From the NCBI GenBank assembly GCA_964016885.1, contig OZ024743.1, positions 337,466,001 through 337,530,000 of the forward strand: a stretch of DNA of 64,000 nucleotides, in the 5' to 3' direction. The stretch comes from Eledone cirrhosa. Taxonomy: Eukaryota. The notes under the pieces were generated by a model. The model worked only from the letters and a program-made list of their open reading frames with translations. It did not search any database and had not been told where the DNA came from. Below, one piece after another: positions 1 to 13,021 of the stretch. Position numbers and translations under genes: made by a program. The first letter of the stretch is position 1. Every line of letters begins with the position of its first letter.

Positions 1-278
1 AAGCCGCATGTAGTGTTGTCTAGTGTGTGTGTGTTATCTTTTTATGTGTCTACGATTTAGTAAGCAGTCAACATTTTGCTTGCCCCAAAGCTGTCGTGTG
101 TTGGTGTGTATGTGTGTATGTATGTGTGTGTGTGTGTGTGTTATCTTTTGATTTGTCTATACGATTTAGTAAGCAGCCAAAATTCTGCTTGCTTCAACCG
201 ACGCAATTGATCAACTCAAGATTCTATAACGCATGCACTGCATGCGTTGCATGCACGGACCCTTCGCCCTTGATATAT

Positions 279-372
<94 letters not shown>

Positions 373-494
373 GCGTGCGCGCGCGCGTGCTTCAAGGTGT
401 GTGAGTGTCCGCATCTGTTTTTCAGCTGTTTGTAGGCGTGACTACATAGGTGTGCGTACGTATATAGATATGTATATGCGTATGTATATAGATA

Positions 495-526
<32 letters not shown>

Positions 527-528
<2 letters not shown>

Positions 529-925
529 AGTTAAAACAATGAAATAAAAAATCAAGTCAGAGATATACTTCACTGCTTTACGATCGTTTCTAGATGATGA
601 TAATATATTGTAGCTATACTCCGTTATTGATCTATGTAAGGTTAGTTACAAAATATCAGATAAAGAGAACTAACCTTACATAGATCAATAACGGAGTATA
701 GCTACAATATATTATCATCATCTAGAAACGATCGTAAAGCAGTGAAGTATATCTCTAATGACTTGATTTTTTATTTCATTGTTTTAATTTATATCATGAC
801 TCTGTTTTGCTTTTAATGTTTTATTGTTTTTCGAGATTTATCTTAACCTACAACATTTTCAACATATGGATTACATCGAGTTCTTCATGCAGAATAGACC
901 CCACAACTTACTGTGGATATCTCTG
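527..925 (+). repeat. Penelope pLTR-like fragment with inverted 5' arm (fold-back ~527-795) containing the 3' half of an HHR
   Basis: 527-647 is the near-perfect reverse complement of 668-793. The right arm has ctaGAAAcgatcgTA, the same stem III as the HHR at 23252. Confidence 0.7.
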
Positions 926-927
926 TG

Positions 928-992
<65 letters not shown>

Positions 993-994
993 TT

Positions 995-1178
995 ATATAG
1001 ATGAGATTCTACAGGACTAGAACTGTTTCATTCTTTATAAATCATCTGATGATTTGTAAAGAATGAAACAGTTCTAGTCCTGTAGAATCTCATCTATATT
1101 AAAACTTTTATACTCTGCTATGTATTGAGTACCTTACTTACTGTGGTTACCTCCGATTCAACCAGGAATAACGTACCT
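995..1178 (+). repeat. Fold-back pLTR fragment of the Naiad family at 45-47 kb
   Basis: Palindrome centred near 1047. The right arm (gaatGAAAcagttctagtcctgTAgaatct...aataacgtac) matches the reverse complement of 47121-47250. Confidence 0.75.
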
Positions 1179-1250
1179 ATATATATTTATATATATAAAT
1201 GAAAGTATAGAAATTATTGTGAGCATGAAGCCAACAGAATTTCATAATAT

Positions 1251-2070
1251 ACTAGCAGTAAAGCCCGGCGTTGCTCGGGGTCGCTCAGTAGCTGTGTTAA
1301 AGTTACAATGTTAAGTTTCTTTTTTGGCTTAAAAACTGTAGTGTCTACTATGCAGACTTGCATGTGGTGTTTTTGATTAATATTCCCTCAACCAACAATA
1401 TGCCTTATGAAGTTAAGAAAACATAACGATAACCCCAATGTTATAACAAAAGAGGATGCTGGGGATAAAAACTGCACTGGTTATTTATTAACAAAGTTCG
1501 AAAATGTAAACACTGCAACGCAGAGAAAAACATTAGCGTAACCAAATTATCAGTTATGTCTGTCTGCACGCCTATATCACCTCTCTGCACGACTGTCTGT
1601 CTGCACGCCTGAAATATTTGCTTGTTTTACGTAGTCTTTAAATAGACTTGTTTTCAAGTAAAAATATTGTTTTAAAATGCTTTTAAATGGAAATGAAGCA
1701 AAACGGAAGCCTAGTGTTCGAACTGATGAATTTTGCAGGTCAATATTTTGCTGGCTCGACAACTGTCTGTTCGTGTATTGTGTTAATGTCATTTTAAACG
1801 CTGAGAAAGCCAGCGTAATTTTTTACGTAAGACGCTCAATGTAAACAGAACAAAGGGAAATAACTGATAACTTACGCTCAAAAATCGATACATTATATTC
1901 GATTTCGTCACATAGAGTGGGTCAATTTGAAATTTTTTTTTCCGATGTCTTCGCTAGGGCTCAATGTACAAGTATAGCAATTTCGGTGCAATTCCGTGAG
2001 AGATTCTAAGAGGAGATGTGTGCCAAAAATCGATAGACAGACAGACAACCACAGTTTTATATATATAGAT
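1251..2070 (+). mobile_element. Non-autonomous Helitron-like element (Lep1/HINE-type)
   Basis: Starts ACTAG..CCCGGCGTTGCTCGGG (hairpin) and ends (ACAG)n...TTTTATATATATAGAT, the terminal pattern of this group. Confidence 0.55.
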
Positions 2071-2442
2071 AAGTGACTATAGCGTCAAAATGGAAAAATA
2101 GTTAACGTAAGATGTGGGAAAATAATTCAAACTCAATAAAAAAAAAATCAAGACAGATTTATCCACAGATTTTGTGAAATCCAGAGAGAAACCAATAAAG
2201 CCTTAACTCTGAATAAAATAAAGTTTAAATACTCATCCTTCATGTGTGTGTGCATGTGTGTGTGTGTATTTGAGTGAAGGTATATGTGTGTGTGAATGTA
2301 GGTAGTATTATGTGTCCGTATGTGTGGAGAAGAGAGATGTTTGTGTGTAAAGGTAGACAGATATATAGCTGGAGCGGTAAGTAGGAATAGTGTAGGGATA
2401 GGAGTGTGTTTTCATTGAGTGTTATATAGTGTACAGTAATGT

Positions 2443-2473
<31 letters not shown>

Positions 2474-2549
2474 TACACTCACACACAGACACATATATAT
2501 ATATACATATATAGTTGAAAATTGCAAACTTGACTGTCACCACAGAATA

Positions 2550-2588
2550 TGAACCTGAAGATTGCGAACGCACGAAAGTACTTGTTCA
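2550..2588 (+). ncRNA. Minimal type I hammerhead ribozyme
   Basis: tgaac CTGAAGA t tgcg aa cgca c GAAA gtac TT gttca. Stem I tgaac/gttca, stem II tgcg/cgca, palindromic stem III. Confidence 0.75.
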
Positions 2589-2737
2589 ATTAACACTTAA
2601 CATTTAATATTCTACCATACTATTTCATTATAATATCATTATAAATTTAAAGGATTGTAACGAATAAATCAGACAAAGTTGGAATTCCTTTTATTAATAT
2701 AAACTTCTATACACAATCAGAGACACCCGTGTATATT

Positions 2738-2785
<48 letters not shown>

Positions 2786-2824
2786 AACATATACATATAT
2801 ATAAACACACACACACATACACAC

Positions 2825-2987
<163 letters not shown>

Positions 2988-3099
2988 TATATATATAATA
3001 TAGAAATGGCTTCTACAGGATTAGAACTGTTTTATTCGGTAGAAATCATTGAGTACCTTACTTACTGTGGTTACTCCCGATTGAATATATATACTCCCG

Positions 3100-3135
<36 letters not shown>

Positions 3136-3186
3136 CGGGAGTAACCTGATCAGAGCAAACAGCACGGACACTCTATCTCAAAATTA

Positions 3187-3223
3187 TTTTTGAAAAGCAT
3201 TTAGAAATGCGCAACCGGTAAAA
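3187..3223 (+). ncRNA. Possible variant hammerhead (U3-A8 core, GCAA)
   Basis: ttt TTGAAAA gcatt taga aatgc GCAA ccgg TA aaa. The same core recurs at 42958-42993 (-). Confidence 0.35.
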
Positions 3224-3341
3224 ACTTAAAAACTTAAAACCACAACTGAATACTAACCCATACAATCACTAATACTCTTTTATTCCTAATTAAACCATTT
3301 TTCAACTGTGAACAATTTGTCAGCATTTTCTATTCCGTTTA

Positions 3342-3438
<97 letters not shown>

Positions 3439-3454
3439 TTATATATATATACAT

Positions 3455-4225
3455 ATATCACCTTGATCACCTTGACCGACCAGTCTGTTGGGCGTCCATT
3501 CAGCGCCGATGGTCACAGCACGCCGTTCATTCCTCTCTGGATCGTGCTTTCCTCATCCATGTATTCCCAATCGTATTCTTAAAATCGTAACTCCATCCTC
3601 GTGGAGGCCTTCCGAGTGGTCGTTTCCGCTCGCGCGGTACCACTCGGCAACTGCGCGGGTCCAGCGATTATCGCTGAACCGGGCGACGTGTCCAGCCCAT
3701 CTGAACTTGCTTTTATTCCGTGATTACGTCCCTCACGCCGGACTTCTGTCTGATGACTTCGCTCCTGATGTGCTCTCTCAACGAGATTCCTAGCATTGAT
3801 CTCTCCATGGCTCTTTGTGCCGTTACCAGCCTCTGCTCTTCTCTCTTCGTTCTCGCCCAAGTTTCACTACCATACAACATTGCAGGTAAAACTGTGCTAT
3901 TGAAGAGGTTGGTGCGGGTGGTCTTGTCCAACCTCCCCTTGAGCACATCCCTTATGCCGTTGAACGCCTTCCATCCGGCCCTTACTCTCCGCGAGATTTC
4001 TCTCTCAATGTCTCGGCGCATGTTCACTTCTTGTCCCAGGTAGACGTATTCCTCCGCCTCCTCTATCTCGTGAACATTTTTGGTGAGATCGTATCTCCTT
4101 GCTTCACTCCCTTCTTGACCGGCACTCGTACGGGTGATGACAGAAGAGCTATGTCGGTGGTGCATCCGGAACTCGCCTCCCTGATCTGTTGAACGTATTG
4201 CGCCTCGACTCCTTGCCTCTGTGTA
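3455..4225 (-). mobile_element. 5'-truncated, internally deleted RTE-clade LINE
   Basis: YVYLGQEVNM...EISRRVRAGWKAF...VLPAMLYGSETW; upstream GVKQGDTISP in another frame; (GGTGATCAA)n tail beside (TA)n. Confidence 0.85.
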
Positions 4226-4478
4226 TGTATTTTTTACACGTAGGAATTCATACTTTATTATTATTGATCTCCCCCTGAGGTAGAGATTACATTTTGGCCA
4301 TTTGGACTGCTGCTATTTCTAGTGGCAGGACATTGACCTGTCCACTCTGTCTTTTGTCTTTGCACACGGTACCAGACAGAATTATTTCTTTCATCATCCG
4401 CTCTCATTTGGGAATGGTTTTGTATGGCGTCAGCTTGTGATTTGAACTCGGGAATTTTATATTCTCCGAGGGAGAAAA

Positions 4479-4560
4479 GACTTCTGAAGATTGCTCCCTT
4501 CTCAATAAAAATCCGCTTGGATTTTCCGTTTATTCTGGAGCATGAAACCGCGGTAAAGGC
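4479..4560 (+). ncRNA. Type I hammerhead with extended stem II
   Basis: ctt CTGAAGA t tgctcc...ggagca t GAAA ccgcgg TA aag. A diverged homologue lies at 44106-44190 (-). Confidence 0.7.
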
Positions 4561-4628
4561 ACATATAGTAAGTACAGCGAATTTTTTAAAATTTATTTTA
4601 AAACTTTTTCACTATTTGCTAGACCTTG

Positions 4629-4731
<103 letters not shown>

Positions 4732-4999
4732 CTGTGTGTGTACTGGGTAATTGTTGGCCTTGTGCCAAATGTAGAAACAATTATATATATATATATATAT
4801 ATACATATGTGTGTGCGGCAGGGTCTGTGTGCGATTGCGTGTGTGTATTATTCAAGTAAAGAAATGTTGAAAGGTTGGTTGATCAAATAATCTACTGACG
4901 GTAGATGTAAACAGACGTAAAACACTCTACAATTTGTGTTCCTTAAAGTATTATCAATTAGGTATCAAAGGAATATCAGATTGGCAGTATCATTATAGC

Positions 5000-5102
5000 A
5001 AAGAGTTACGGCCCTTTATGGTCTGAGTTCAAATCCCGCCGAGGTTAACTTTGCCTTTCATCCTTACGGCATCGATAAAATAAAGCACCAGTAATACACT
5101 GG
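5000..5102 (+). mobile_element. tRNA-derived SINE fragment
   Basis: B-box gagttcaaatcc followed by gccgaggttaactttgcctttcatcc...gataaaataaagcaccag. Further copies on - at ~27568, 33575, 37616, 38560 and 41453. Confidence 0.75.
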
Positions 5103-5104
5103 AA

Positions 5105-8090
5105 TAATTACTCAATACACAAGGTATCAGCCTATCCATCAATGTACAGAAATGTAAGATCCAATTCATTGAGGATTGGTTTGGTAACCATCCATTTCAC
5201 ATCCCCTTCTTCATTCTTACTGAGACCCACCTTGACAACTCCCACTTGGAGGCTGAAGTAAGAGTGAGGAATTTCACAACCATCCGCGCGGATCGTGTTG
5301 GCAGAAGGAAGGTGGAACTGCCATTTTCCTGCATGATTCCTTTACAGCAGATGGTAACACAACATTCTCCAATGGCTTCTGTGAATCAGTCACTGTGCAC
5401 AACAAAGCCAATGACCTGCTATTAGTTGGGCTCTATAGGCCACCACAAACACCCATAATCTGCTTTAAAGAATGCTTCAACAGCATTAAATGCTTTATTA
5501 AATAGTGCCATTCTAGCAACATACTTTTGATGGGAGACTTTAATCTACCCTGTGTCGATTGGTCTACATGCAGTTTGAAACCAGGCACTCCAACCTCAAT
5601 CACTGACAAAGCAGCTGTCGAGTCACTTCTTAACTTCATGAACGAGATTTTCTTGTCACAACTTGTCCTTGCACCAACGAGGCATCAGAAGAACATTCTG
5701 GATCTAGTGTTTAGTAACCATACTAACACTATACATAATATTACAGTGGAAAAAGCCCTTCTCTCAGACCATGACATGGTTCTTTGTAACCTGAGATTCC
5801 ACCAGCCGAAAGCTAATCCCAGGGTCCTCTTTCCAGCCCACCCATTTGATAACATTGATCTCTACAATGCCAACTGGGGTGGAATTATGAACGAACTGTC
5901 ACACGTCGACTGGTCTTTTACACACGCACACATTTCCACCAACATCAAACCATCTTGGCAGATCTTTGTAGACACTGTCACAAATATATGTACAAAACAC
6001 CCCCACCAAAACCTGTGAACAAAACTAAGTGCAGTATCCCCCAAAACAGAAAAAACAATTATCAGAAAAATAAAAAGAACAAACAAAAAAATTAACACAC
6101 TAAAATACTGCCAACAGCAACACACACATTCGACGGCTATCGCCATGCTTGAATAAAAAAAAATATAACCTCCAACAATGCATGAAGATCATCATCAATA
6201 ACCAGAGAACAGCTGAAGAGAGGTGGGCCATTGAGAAAACCAAACTCAACCCCAAAGTGTTCTTTTCTTTTGCTAAAAAACACAAGGTCACTGTCTCCAC
6301 TGTTGGCCCCCTAGTTGATGAAAATGGCACACTCCAAGATAATGCCAAAACCATGGGCGAGATACTGCAGAAACAATACTGCTCTGTTTTCAGCAATCCT
6401 GATATGACCGATCTGGGCTGTACCAGTGATGTTAATCCCCAACACACTATATCAGACATAACGTTTGGCGCCCCTGATGTCTTAGCGGCAATAAACGAAA
6501 TTAAACACAATTCAGCAGTAGACCCCGACAGGTTCCCTGCTTGTGTCCTGAAGGTGTGTCGACACTAACTTGCATCTCCTCTTGCTAATCTGTGGAGGAA
6601 CTCACTGGATACAGGCTATATTCCTGAAAACTTTCTGTCGCAGTCCGTTGTCCCAGTCTTCAAAAATGGAAATAAGTCCCTTGCAGTGAACTACCGTCCG
6701 ATCTCACTCACCTCTCATATTATCAAGGTATTTGAGAGGGTGGTGAGATCACGAATAACCCACTTTCTTGAAAGCAACGGTCTGCTGAACTCCACGGCCT
6801 GCTGAACATGGGTTCCGTAATGGAAGGGACTGCCTAACGCAGCTTCTGCATCACATTGACGAGGTTTTGAGAGCCTTGGGAGAGGGCTCCAACACTGATG
6901 TCATCTACCTTGATTTCAGCAAGGCCTTTGACAGGGTTGATCATAAGATTCTACTGAAAAACTATCCAATATTGGTGTCTCTGGAAAGTTACTACAGTGG
7001 ATCAAATGTTTCTTGACAGACAGAACCCAACATGTTGTAGTCGAAGGAGTAATCCTGCCAAAGTCAGCAGTGACGTCCCACAAGGCACTGTGTTGGGCCC
7101 TTCTTTTCATCATCTACATTAATGACATTACTGACATCATCAAGCACAGCAACATAAGAATCTTCGCAGATGATTCCAAGCTCCAAAGGGTCATCAATGA
7201 AGTGGGTGACCGGATTTGCCTTCAGTCAGACCTACTGGCTGTTATCCAATGGCAGAAAAGAATAATATGCTGTTAAATGAGGATAAGTTTGAATTTCGGG
7301 TGAAACTCTAGTGGCATCCAACAACATCAGAGACCTGGGAGTAATTGTGGATAACAACATAAGCTGGGTCACTCATATAAACAGTAAAGTTGACATGGCC
7401 CGCAAAATGTGTTCCTGGATTCTCAGAACCTTCCAGTCGAGAGATATCCACACTGTTATCCTTCTCTTCTCCACTTTTGTCTGTCCCCACCTTGAATACT
7501 GTTGTCCAGTGGTCTCCCCACACGAAACAAAGTATCATGAAAGTTGAAGCACCCCAAAGATCGATTACAAAAAAGATAGATGGCATGACAGGCCTTGACT
7601 ATTGGAGTGGATTAGAAAAGCTCAACCTTTATTGTCTCCAACGTCGAAGTGAGCGCTACATTATCTGCATGATGTGGAAAATATTCCATCAGCTTTGCCC
7701 AAATGATGTTGGCATTACCTTTAATGTACACCCAAGGCTTGGGCCCCGTGATATCCGCCCACGACAAAAATCTCACTCGCATCTCATATCAACAATACGG
7801 CAGAATTATTTCATCTCAATTGGCCCTACTCTCTTAAACATTACACCAAAACACATCAAAACAGAAACAGACTCCATCAAGTTCAAGAAGTCTTTAGACA
7901 AATTCCTTCAAGAAATCCTGGATAAGCCTCCTACACCCGGATATGCCTCCGTAAACAATAACTCTCTGCTCGAGTGGGCCATGGTACCCAAACACTGATT
8001 TGTAAGACTTCGCCAGGTGGTGCTATTAAGTTAGACATGGCCTGGGCCAATACTGGCCGAAACCTATCAAAGTTATGAAAGTTATGAAAG

Positions 8091-8094
<4 letters not shown>
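5105..8094 (+). mobile_element. CR1/Jockey-group LINE, degenerate APE endonuclease + RT
   Basis: MGDFNLP and SDHDMV (EN); NYRPISLTS, YLDFSKAFD and IFADDSK (RT); PHLEYC C-terminus; (AAAGTTATG)n tail; many stops and frameshifts. Confidence 0.9.
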
Positions 8095-8138
<44 letters not shown>

Positions 8139-8189
8139 AGTCACACAGCAGGCTTTGTTTACAAACGGCTCGCCAATTTGAAAATTAGG

Positions 8190-8474
8190 TGGTAACATTT
8201 GCTTACGCCGTATTTGACTACATAGAATTAGTCTGTCAGTTGGGATTTAAAAAAAAGCCTCTGAATGGAAAAAAGAATGAGTATTGATGTACATGGGACA
8301 CGAACCCGCATTCTTGTTTTGCCGGTAACACATTGGTCCGGCAAACCAAAGACGTGGGTTCGTGTCCCATGTACGTCAATACTCATCCTTTTTTTCCATT
8401 CAGGGGATTTTAAAATCCCAACTAACAGACTAATTCTACTTAGTCAAATACAGCATAAGCACATGTTATCACCT

Positions 8475-8478
<4 letters not shown>
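8190..8478. repeat. Imperfect fold-back element with a tRNA-like T-arm next to its centre
   Basis: 8190-8326 is the imperfect reverse complement of 8339-8478. gtgggttcgtgtccca resembles a B-box. Confidence 0.6.
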
Positions 8479-8571
<93 letters not shown>

Positions 8572-8573
<2 letters not shown>

Positions 8574-9067
8574 TAGCCGCCTTGTTTTCTAAGACATTTT
8601 TTTGTAAGACATTTTTTTGTATGAAAAGGATTGATTTTAAATCACTGATATCATTTATGGAGAAAAACTCTGCATTTCAATATTACTCAATGTAAAACGT
8701 AATGCATGAAAAATTGGAAAACATTATTTTTTGTAATATATCACATCAAAATTACATTATTAAATCTTATTCTTATTTTGTTTCTTGTAAATAATTTTTT
8801 TCAAAATATCAATTCAAAACTTTTGTGAATAGGCATCATATCTTGTCATTTACCTGTGATTTAAATTTCATATAAATCGAAGGGAAAACATTTTCAGCGG
8901 GGGTTTGTGTCCCCGGGGAACTCTTTGATTAAAATGAAATATACTTAGCCAAGTACACTGGGCAATGTAGTTTCAGAATATATATGGTTATGGAGGTCTA
9001 TCTCCAAAACCATAGGAGGAGTTCGTGAACAAACAAACAAACAGACACGAACTACAACTTTATATAT
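8572..9067 (+). mobile_element. Non-autonomous Helitron-like element
   Basis: Starts ACTAG after (TA)n and ends (ACAA)n..acagac..CTTTATATAT. Confidence 0.4.
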
Positions 9068-10163
9068 GGGAGCGGCCCACACAGGAAAAACAATTATCCT
9101 TAGGTACTAACCCTATACGCATGAATGAGTGCCCGCAACCGTGCAATGTGTGTATACTGGGACTGCGTGAATGTACACACTCATGTGAACGCAACGTAAT
9201 ACTAATACCCCAGGTTCGAGTGTGTGCTTAAGAGTATATTTGTATATACTCTCTTGTATGAGTGCACATGTGTATATAGACATACACGCGCATCCAGAAG
9301 TATAAAAGTATGGGTGGGTATATACGTCTGTACTAAGGGATTCGCCTAAGCTACAGAGCCCCCTAGCTGTGAAGATATATATCACACTCTACCTTTGTCT
9401 AGTCTAAACAATAACTTTTCCAAACACCCACTTTACTTTTCTTTAAAAATAACACCCACCTAGTTTTATGTCTGCCTTATACTTGGATTTGGGGGCCTCT
9501 GTTGTATATATATATGCACTTGTGCGTACATATATATATATACACACCTGTATGGATTTGTGTGTGTAGATGTGTGTGTGTGTGAGGGGGTATGTGTGAG
9601 TGTATGTAAAAGTCAACCAACATAAGTCTTTTTATTTCTAAATTTTCTAAACTATCTAAGTATTTGACTCTAACCAATATTTTAAGTATTACCACCCCAC
9701 ATTAATTCCTCAATTCGTATGTGTGGATGTGTGTGTGTGTCTGTGGAGGTGGGTGTGAGTGTATGTGCAAGCCAGCCTACATAAGTCTTTTTATTTGTAA
9801 ATGTTCTACTCTAACCATAATTTTCAGTAGCACCACTCCACATAAATTCCTCAATTTAAGGATGACCTGTAGTATCTATTTCATACTATTAACCTTAATT
9901 GAATATATATCTGACCAGGAATGCTTTTTGTGAAAATCAGTCATATGGAACTATTGTCATCTTGTCTGACGGTTTGAACTTTACAACACCGCCTGCCTCT
10001 TTGAGGTCAAATACCAACCCTACTAGTATCTACAAACTGACCAATGAGAATTAAAACTATTCCTGCTGACAACATTAAATTATTCCTAACAAGCTCATAT
10101 GTCCCAAGGCTCTGATACCATCAACACTATAAACACAGAGCTGGCATATCTAAGAACTGACTA

Positions 10164-10219
10164 ACTGCCTGATGAGGTCATAGCCATTCAATGGCTATCA
10201 TCGAAATATATATAGCAGT
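10164..10219 (+). ncRNA. Type I hammerhead in the 5' pLTR
   Basis: actgc CTGATGA ggtc atagccat tca atggctat catc GAAA tatata TA gcagt. Confidence 0.85.
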
Positions 10220-10408
10220 AAATAAAGGATTATGAGTTCATGCAATTGACTTATGTTTCGTCACTATTATAACTCCGGAACTTATATCTTCGTTGAGTGC
10301 TCCCTATCCGCATATTGAAGTACTGGATTTTACCAACACTTACTTTCTTGCTTACCTCATGCTCCACACCCTGTTGAGCGCTTCATACAGTAGCGGACCG
10401 CAGCCAAT

Positions 10409-13021
10409 ATGAATAAACTCACCACTCTGGCATCACTGAAGGACAGCCCATTACCAGGTAAAAGAGAATACACCAGGAATCTCTCTAAGAGTACTGACTC
10501 CCTAATACGCAGGATGAGGTGGAGGGCTTCCCACTTTGATAGAGGAAACCCCAATATTAATAACAAAAAAAACATGGAGTGCCTCTTCAGATCAAGAAAG
10601 AACCCCCCCCCCCCACAACAGACTATTGGAAGAGTTCGAGAACGAAATGATTGGCATGATTTCCAACATCATTTTTCCGACCAACCATACCGGGGTCGAG
10701 AGTACCTTAGACGACTGGAAAATGGAATTACCGAGCTTAAGGAATCTACAGGAATACTCGTCCATGCCGACAAAACCAACAACTTTTACAGCATGGAAGT
10801 TCAACTTTACCATGAGCTAATCCTCAGGGAATTGAGAAAAAGCTTCAAAAAAACGCCCGAGGCTAGCCTGGAGGATATCAACATCAAGGCTTATGAGATC
10901 GTATCTGGTCTTGGCATAGATGATAGGACGGCCCCATACCAACCAGGGGAGCCGAGGATTACCATTAAGGACCACCAACCAAACTTCGAGTCTAACCTGC
11001 CGGTCAGACTGATAGCCCCCTACCGGTCAGACATGGGGGTTATTAGCAAAAGCAGTTTAGATAGGATCCTGCCCACACTTAAGAGTAAAATAAGGTTACA
11101 ACTCTAGTCCTGCACTAGCCAGTTGCTGGACTGGTTTACATTTTTACCTGACAAACATAGGACTAGCTTCATACAACTAGACATCAACAATTACTACTCC
11201 TCTATCTCGACCATAGTCCTGAACAAGGCACTCATATTCGTGATGAATAGGACAGACCTAACGCGACGAGGTCCGAATCATACGCGCCGCCAGAAAGACC
11301 CTGATCCGATTTGGTGGAGACATATGGACCCGGAGCGAATGGCCAAATAATTTTGACATTACAATAGGCTCCAGTGACTCCGCGCAGCTAACGGACTTGG
11401 TTGGGATATACATACTCTACGAGATCAGGAGAGAAATACCCAACCTGGGTGGCGGGCTGTACCGAGACGACGCACTCTTCACCGAAGTGGACCACAGCAC
11501 CACAATGGTCGAAAATATGAAGAGGAGAATTAGGCACTTCTTTAGCAAGGTAGGACTTAAAGTAGAGATGGAACTCAATAGAAAAAGTAGTGAATTTCCT
11601 GGACACCACCCTCAACCTCAACACCAAGCTACACCACACATATCATAAACCCAATGAGAAGCTGGTGTATATCAACGCTGGGTCCAATCACCCTAGATCT
11701 ATAGTTAAGGCCGTAGTTAAGAGTGTCTCTGACAGATCTCTAACTTGTCGGCCAATAAAGAGATCTTCAATAGTAACGCTGATTACTATAACTCAGCGCT
11801 AGCTAAGTCGTCCCACAGCCATAGGATCAGCTATAACTCTAAGGGACATGATCGAGATGACCCAACGGTACCCCGGACCAATACCCTCAGGGGCATGAGT
11901 CGCCCACCTAATATCACGGTGACCAGTAGTAACACTCCCAGACCCCTATCCGTCACCACCCCCGGTAATAGGTCCCGCATACCCCACTGGTCTAATACCT
12001 ACAACGCTGAAGACCACTGTGCTGTGGAAAATAGGCACCCCTGCAACGGCCCCACCACCCGCCGAACCCTAATTGAGCAGGGAGGCCGCACCTCGCAGGT
12101 TTATAGCCCCACGGTGGGCCCATATAACCATCATGATAGTGACCGCTCCGCACACCTGAGTGACACCAACCGAGCTCGACCTGAGCTGTGCACAACCACG
12201 CGATGGACCACGGCGGACACCCAACAACTCCGCAAGAATAGGACCAGGAAGGTCACATGGTATAACCTTCCGTACTCGGTGGGTCTACGTACCAGCCTGG
12301 CTAGAACATTCTTTAGAGTACTGGATAAATGTTTCCCTAGGGCCCACAAGTACCATAAAATATTCCACAGGCACACGGTGAAACTTTCCTACTCAACCAC
12401 TCGCTCCGTAGCCCAGCACATAGCTGGTATAAATAGGAATAGGCTCACTGCCTCTAATACCACCGTAAACCCCGGAGCCACCCAACTAGCACACCGGAAC
12501 CCAACGACCCTGTGCTGATTGCGGCGGCTACCCAGCCAACCCCGAGTGATTGTAACCACGCGGTACATGTGGTGGGGCTTAAGAAGTCATGTAATTGCAG
12601 AGACCCATCACTATGCCCTCTTAGTAATGAATGCATGACGAAAAACGTAGTCTACAGGTGCAAGGTCACATCCCCTAACTCGGAGCACCACTACACAGGA
12701 TCCACAGCGACGAGCTTCAAAGATAGGTGGTATAACCATCGCCATTCCTTTAACAGAATAGATAAGAAGAAATGTACGGCCCTTTCTGAATTGATCTGGA
12801 AGCTCAAACTTGAAAAGACCCCGCACTCTCTGATCTGGTCCGTGGTTAGAAAGGTTCCCCAGACAGAGGCGGGTCTGGTATTTGCAACCTCTGTCTTAGT
12901 GAGACCTCGAGATACTTCATGGCGGAACCAAGCTATTAAACAGAAGGGCCGACTTATTCGGCGCCTGCAGACACCTAAGGATGGGAACTTTCCTCAAGCT
13001 ATATGGATAAACTCCGGTTAA
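10409..13021 (+). pseudogene. Penelope (Naiad) RT + GIY-YIG endonuclease, frameshifted
   Basis: LIRRMRWRA, ADKTNNFY, FIQLDINNYYSSI, GLYRDDAL, FLDTTL, SNHP, CNCR..CPL..EC, VVYRC, YTGSTATSFKDRWYNH. Confidence 0.92.

Noticed and set aside
27-529. ORFs rich in CV/YI/HT repeats here and across the window (e.g. 33922-34652, 44224-44750, 47630-48601)
   Set aside because: Translations of (CA)n/(TA)n microsatellites; no coding evidence.
5020-5045. tRNA gene
   Set aside because: Only a B-box within a SINE; no cloverleaf.
12500-12630. Selenoprotein-type Naiad (in-frame UGA at 12516-12518)
   Set aside because: Read-through does not reach the CNCR/GIY-YIG frame, so this is a frameshift. The conserved Cys residues use TGT/TGC and I recognised no SECIS.
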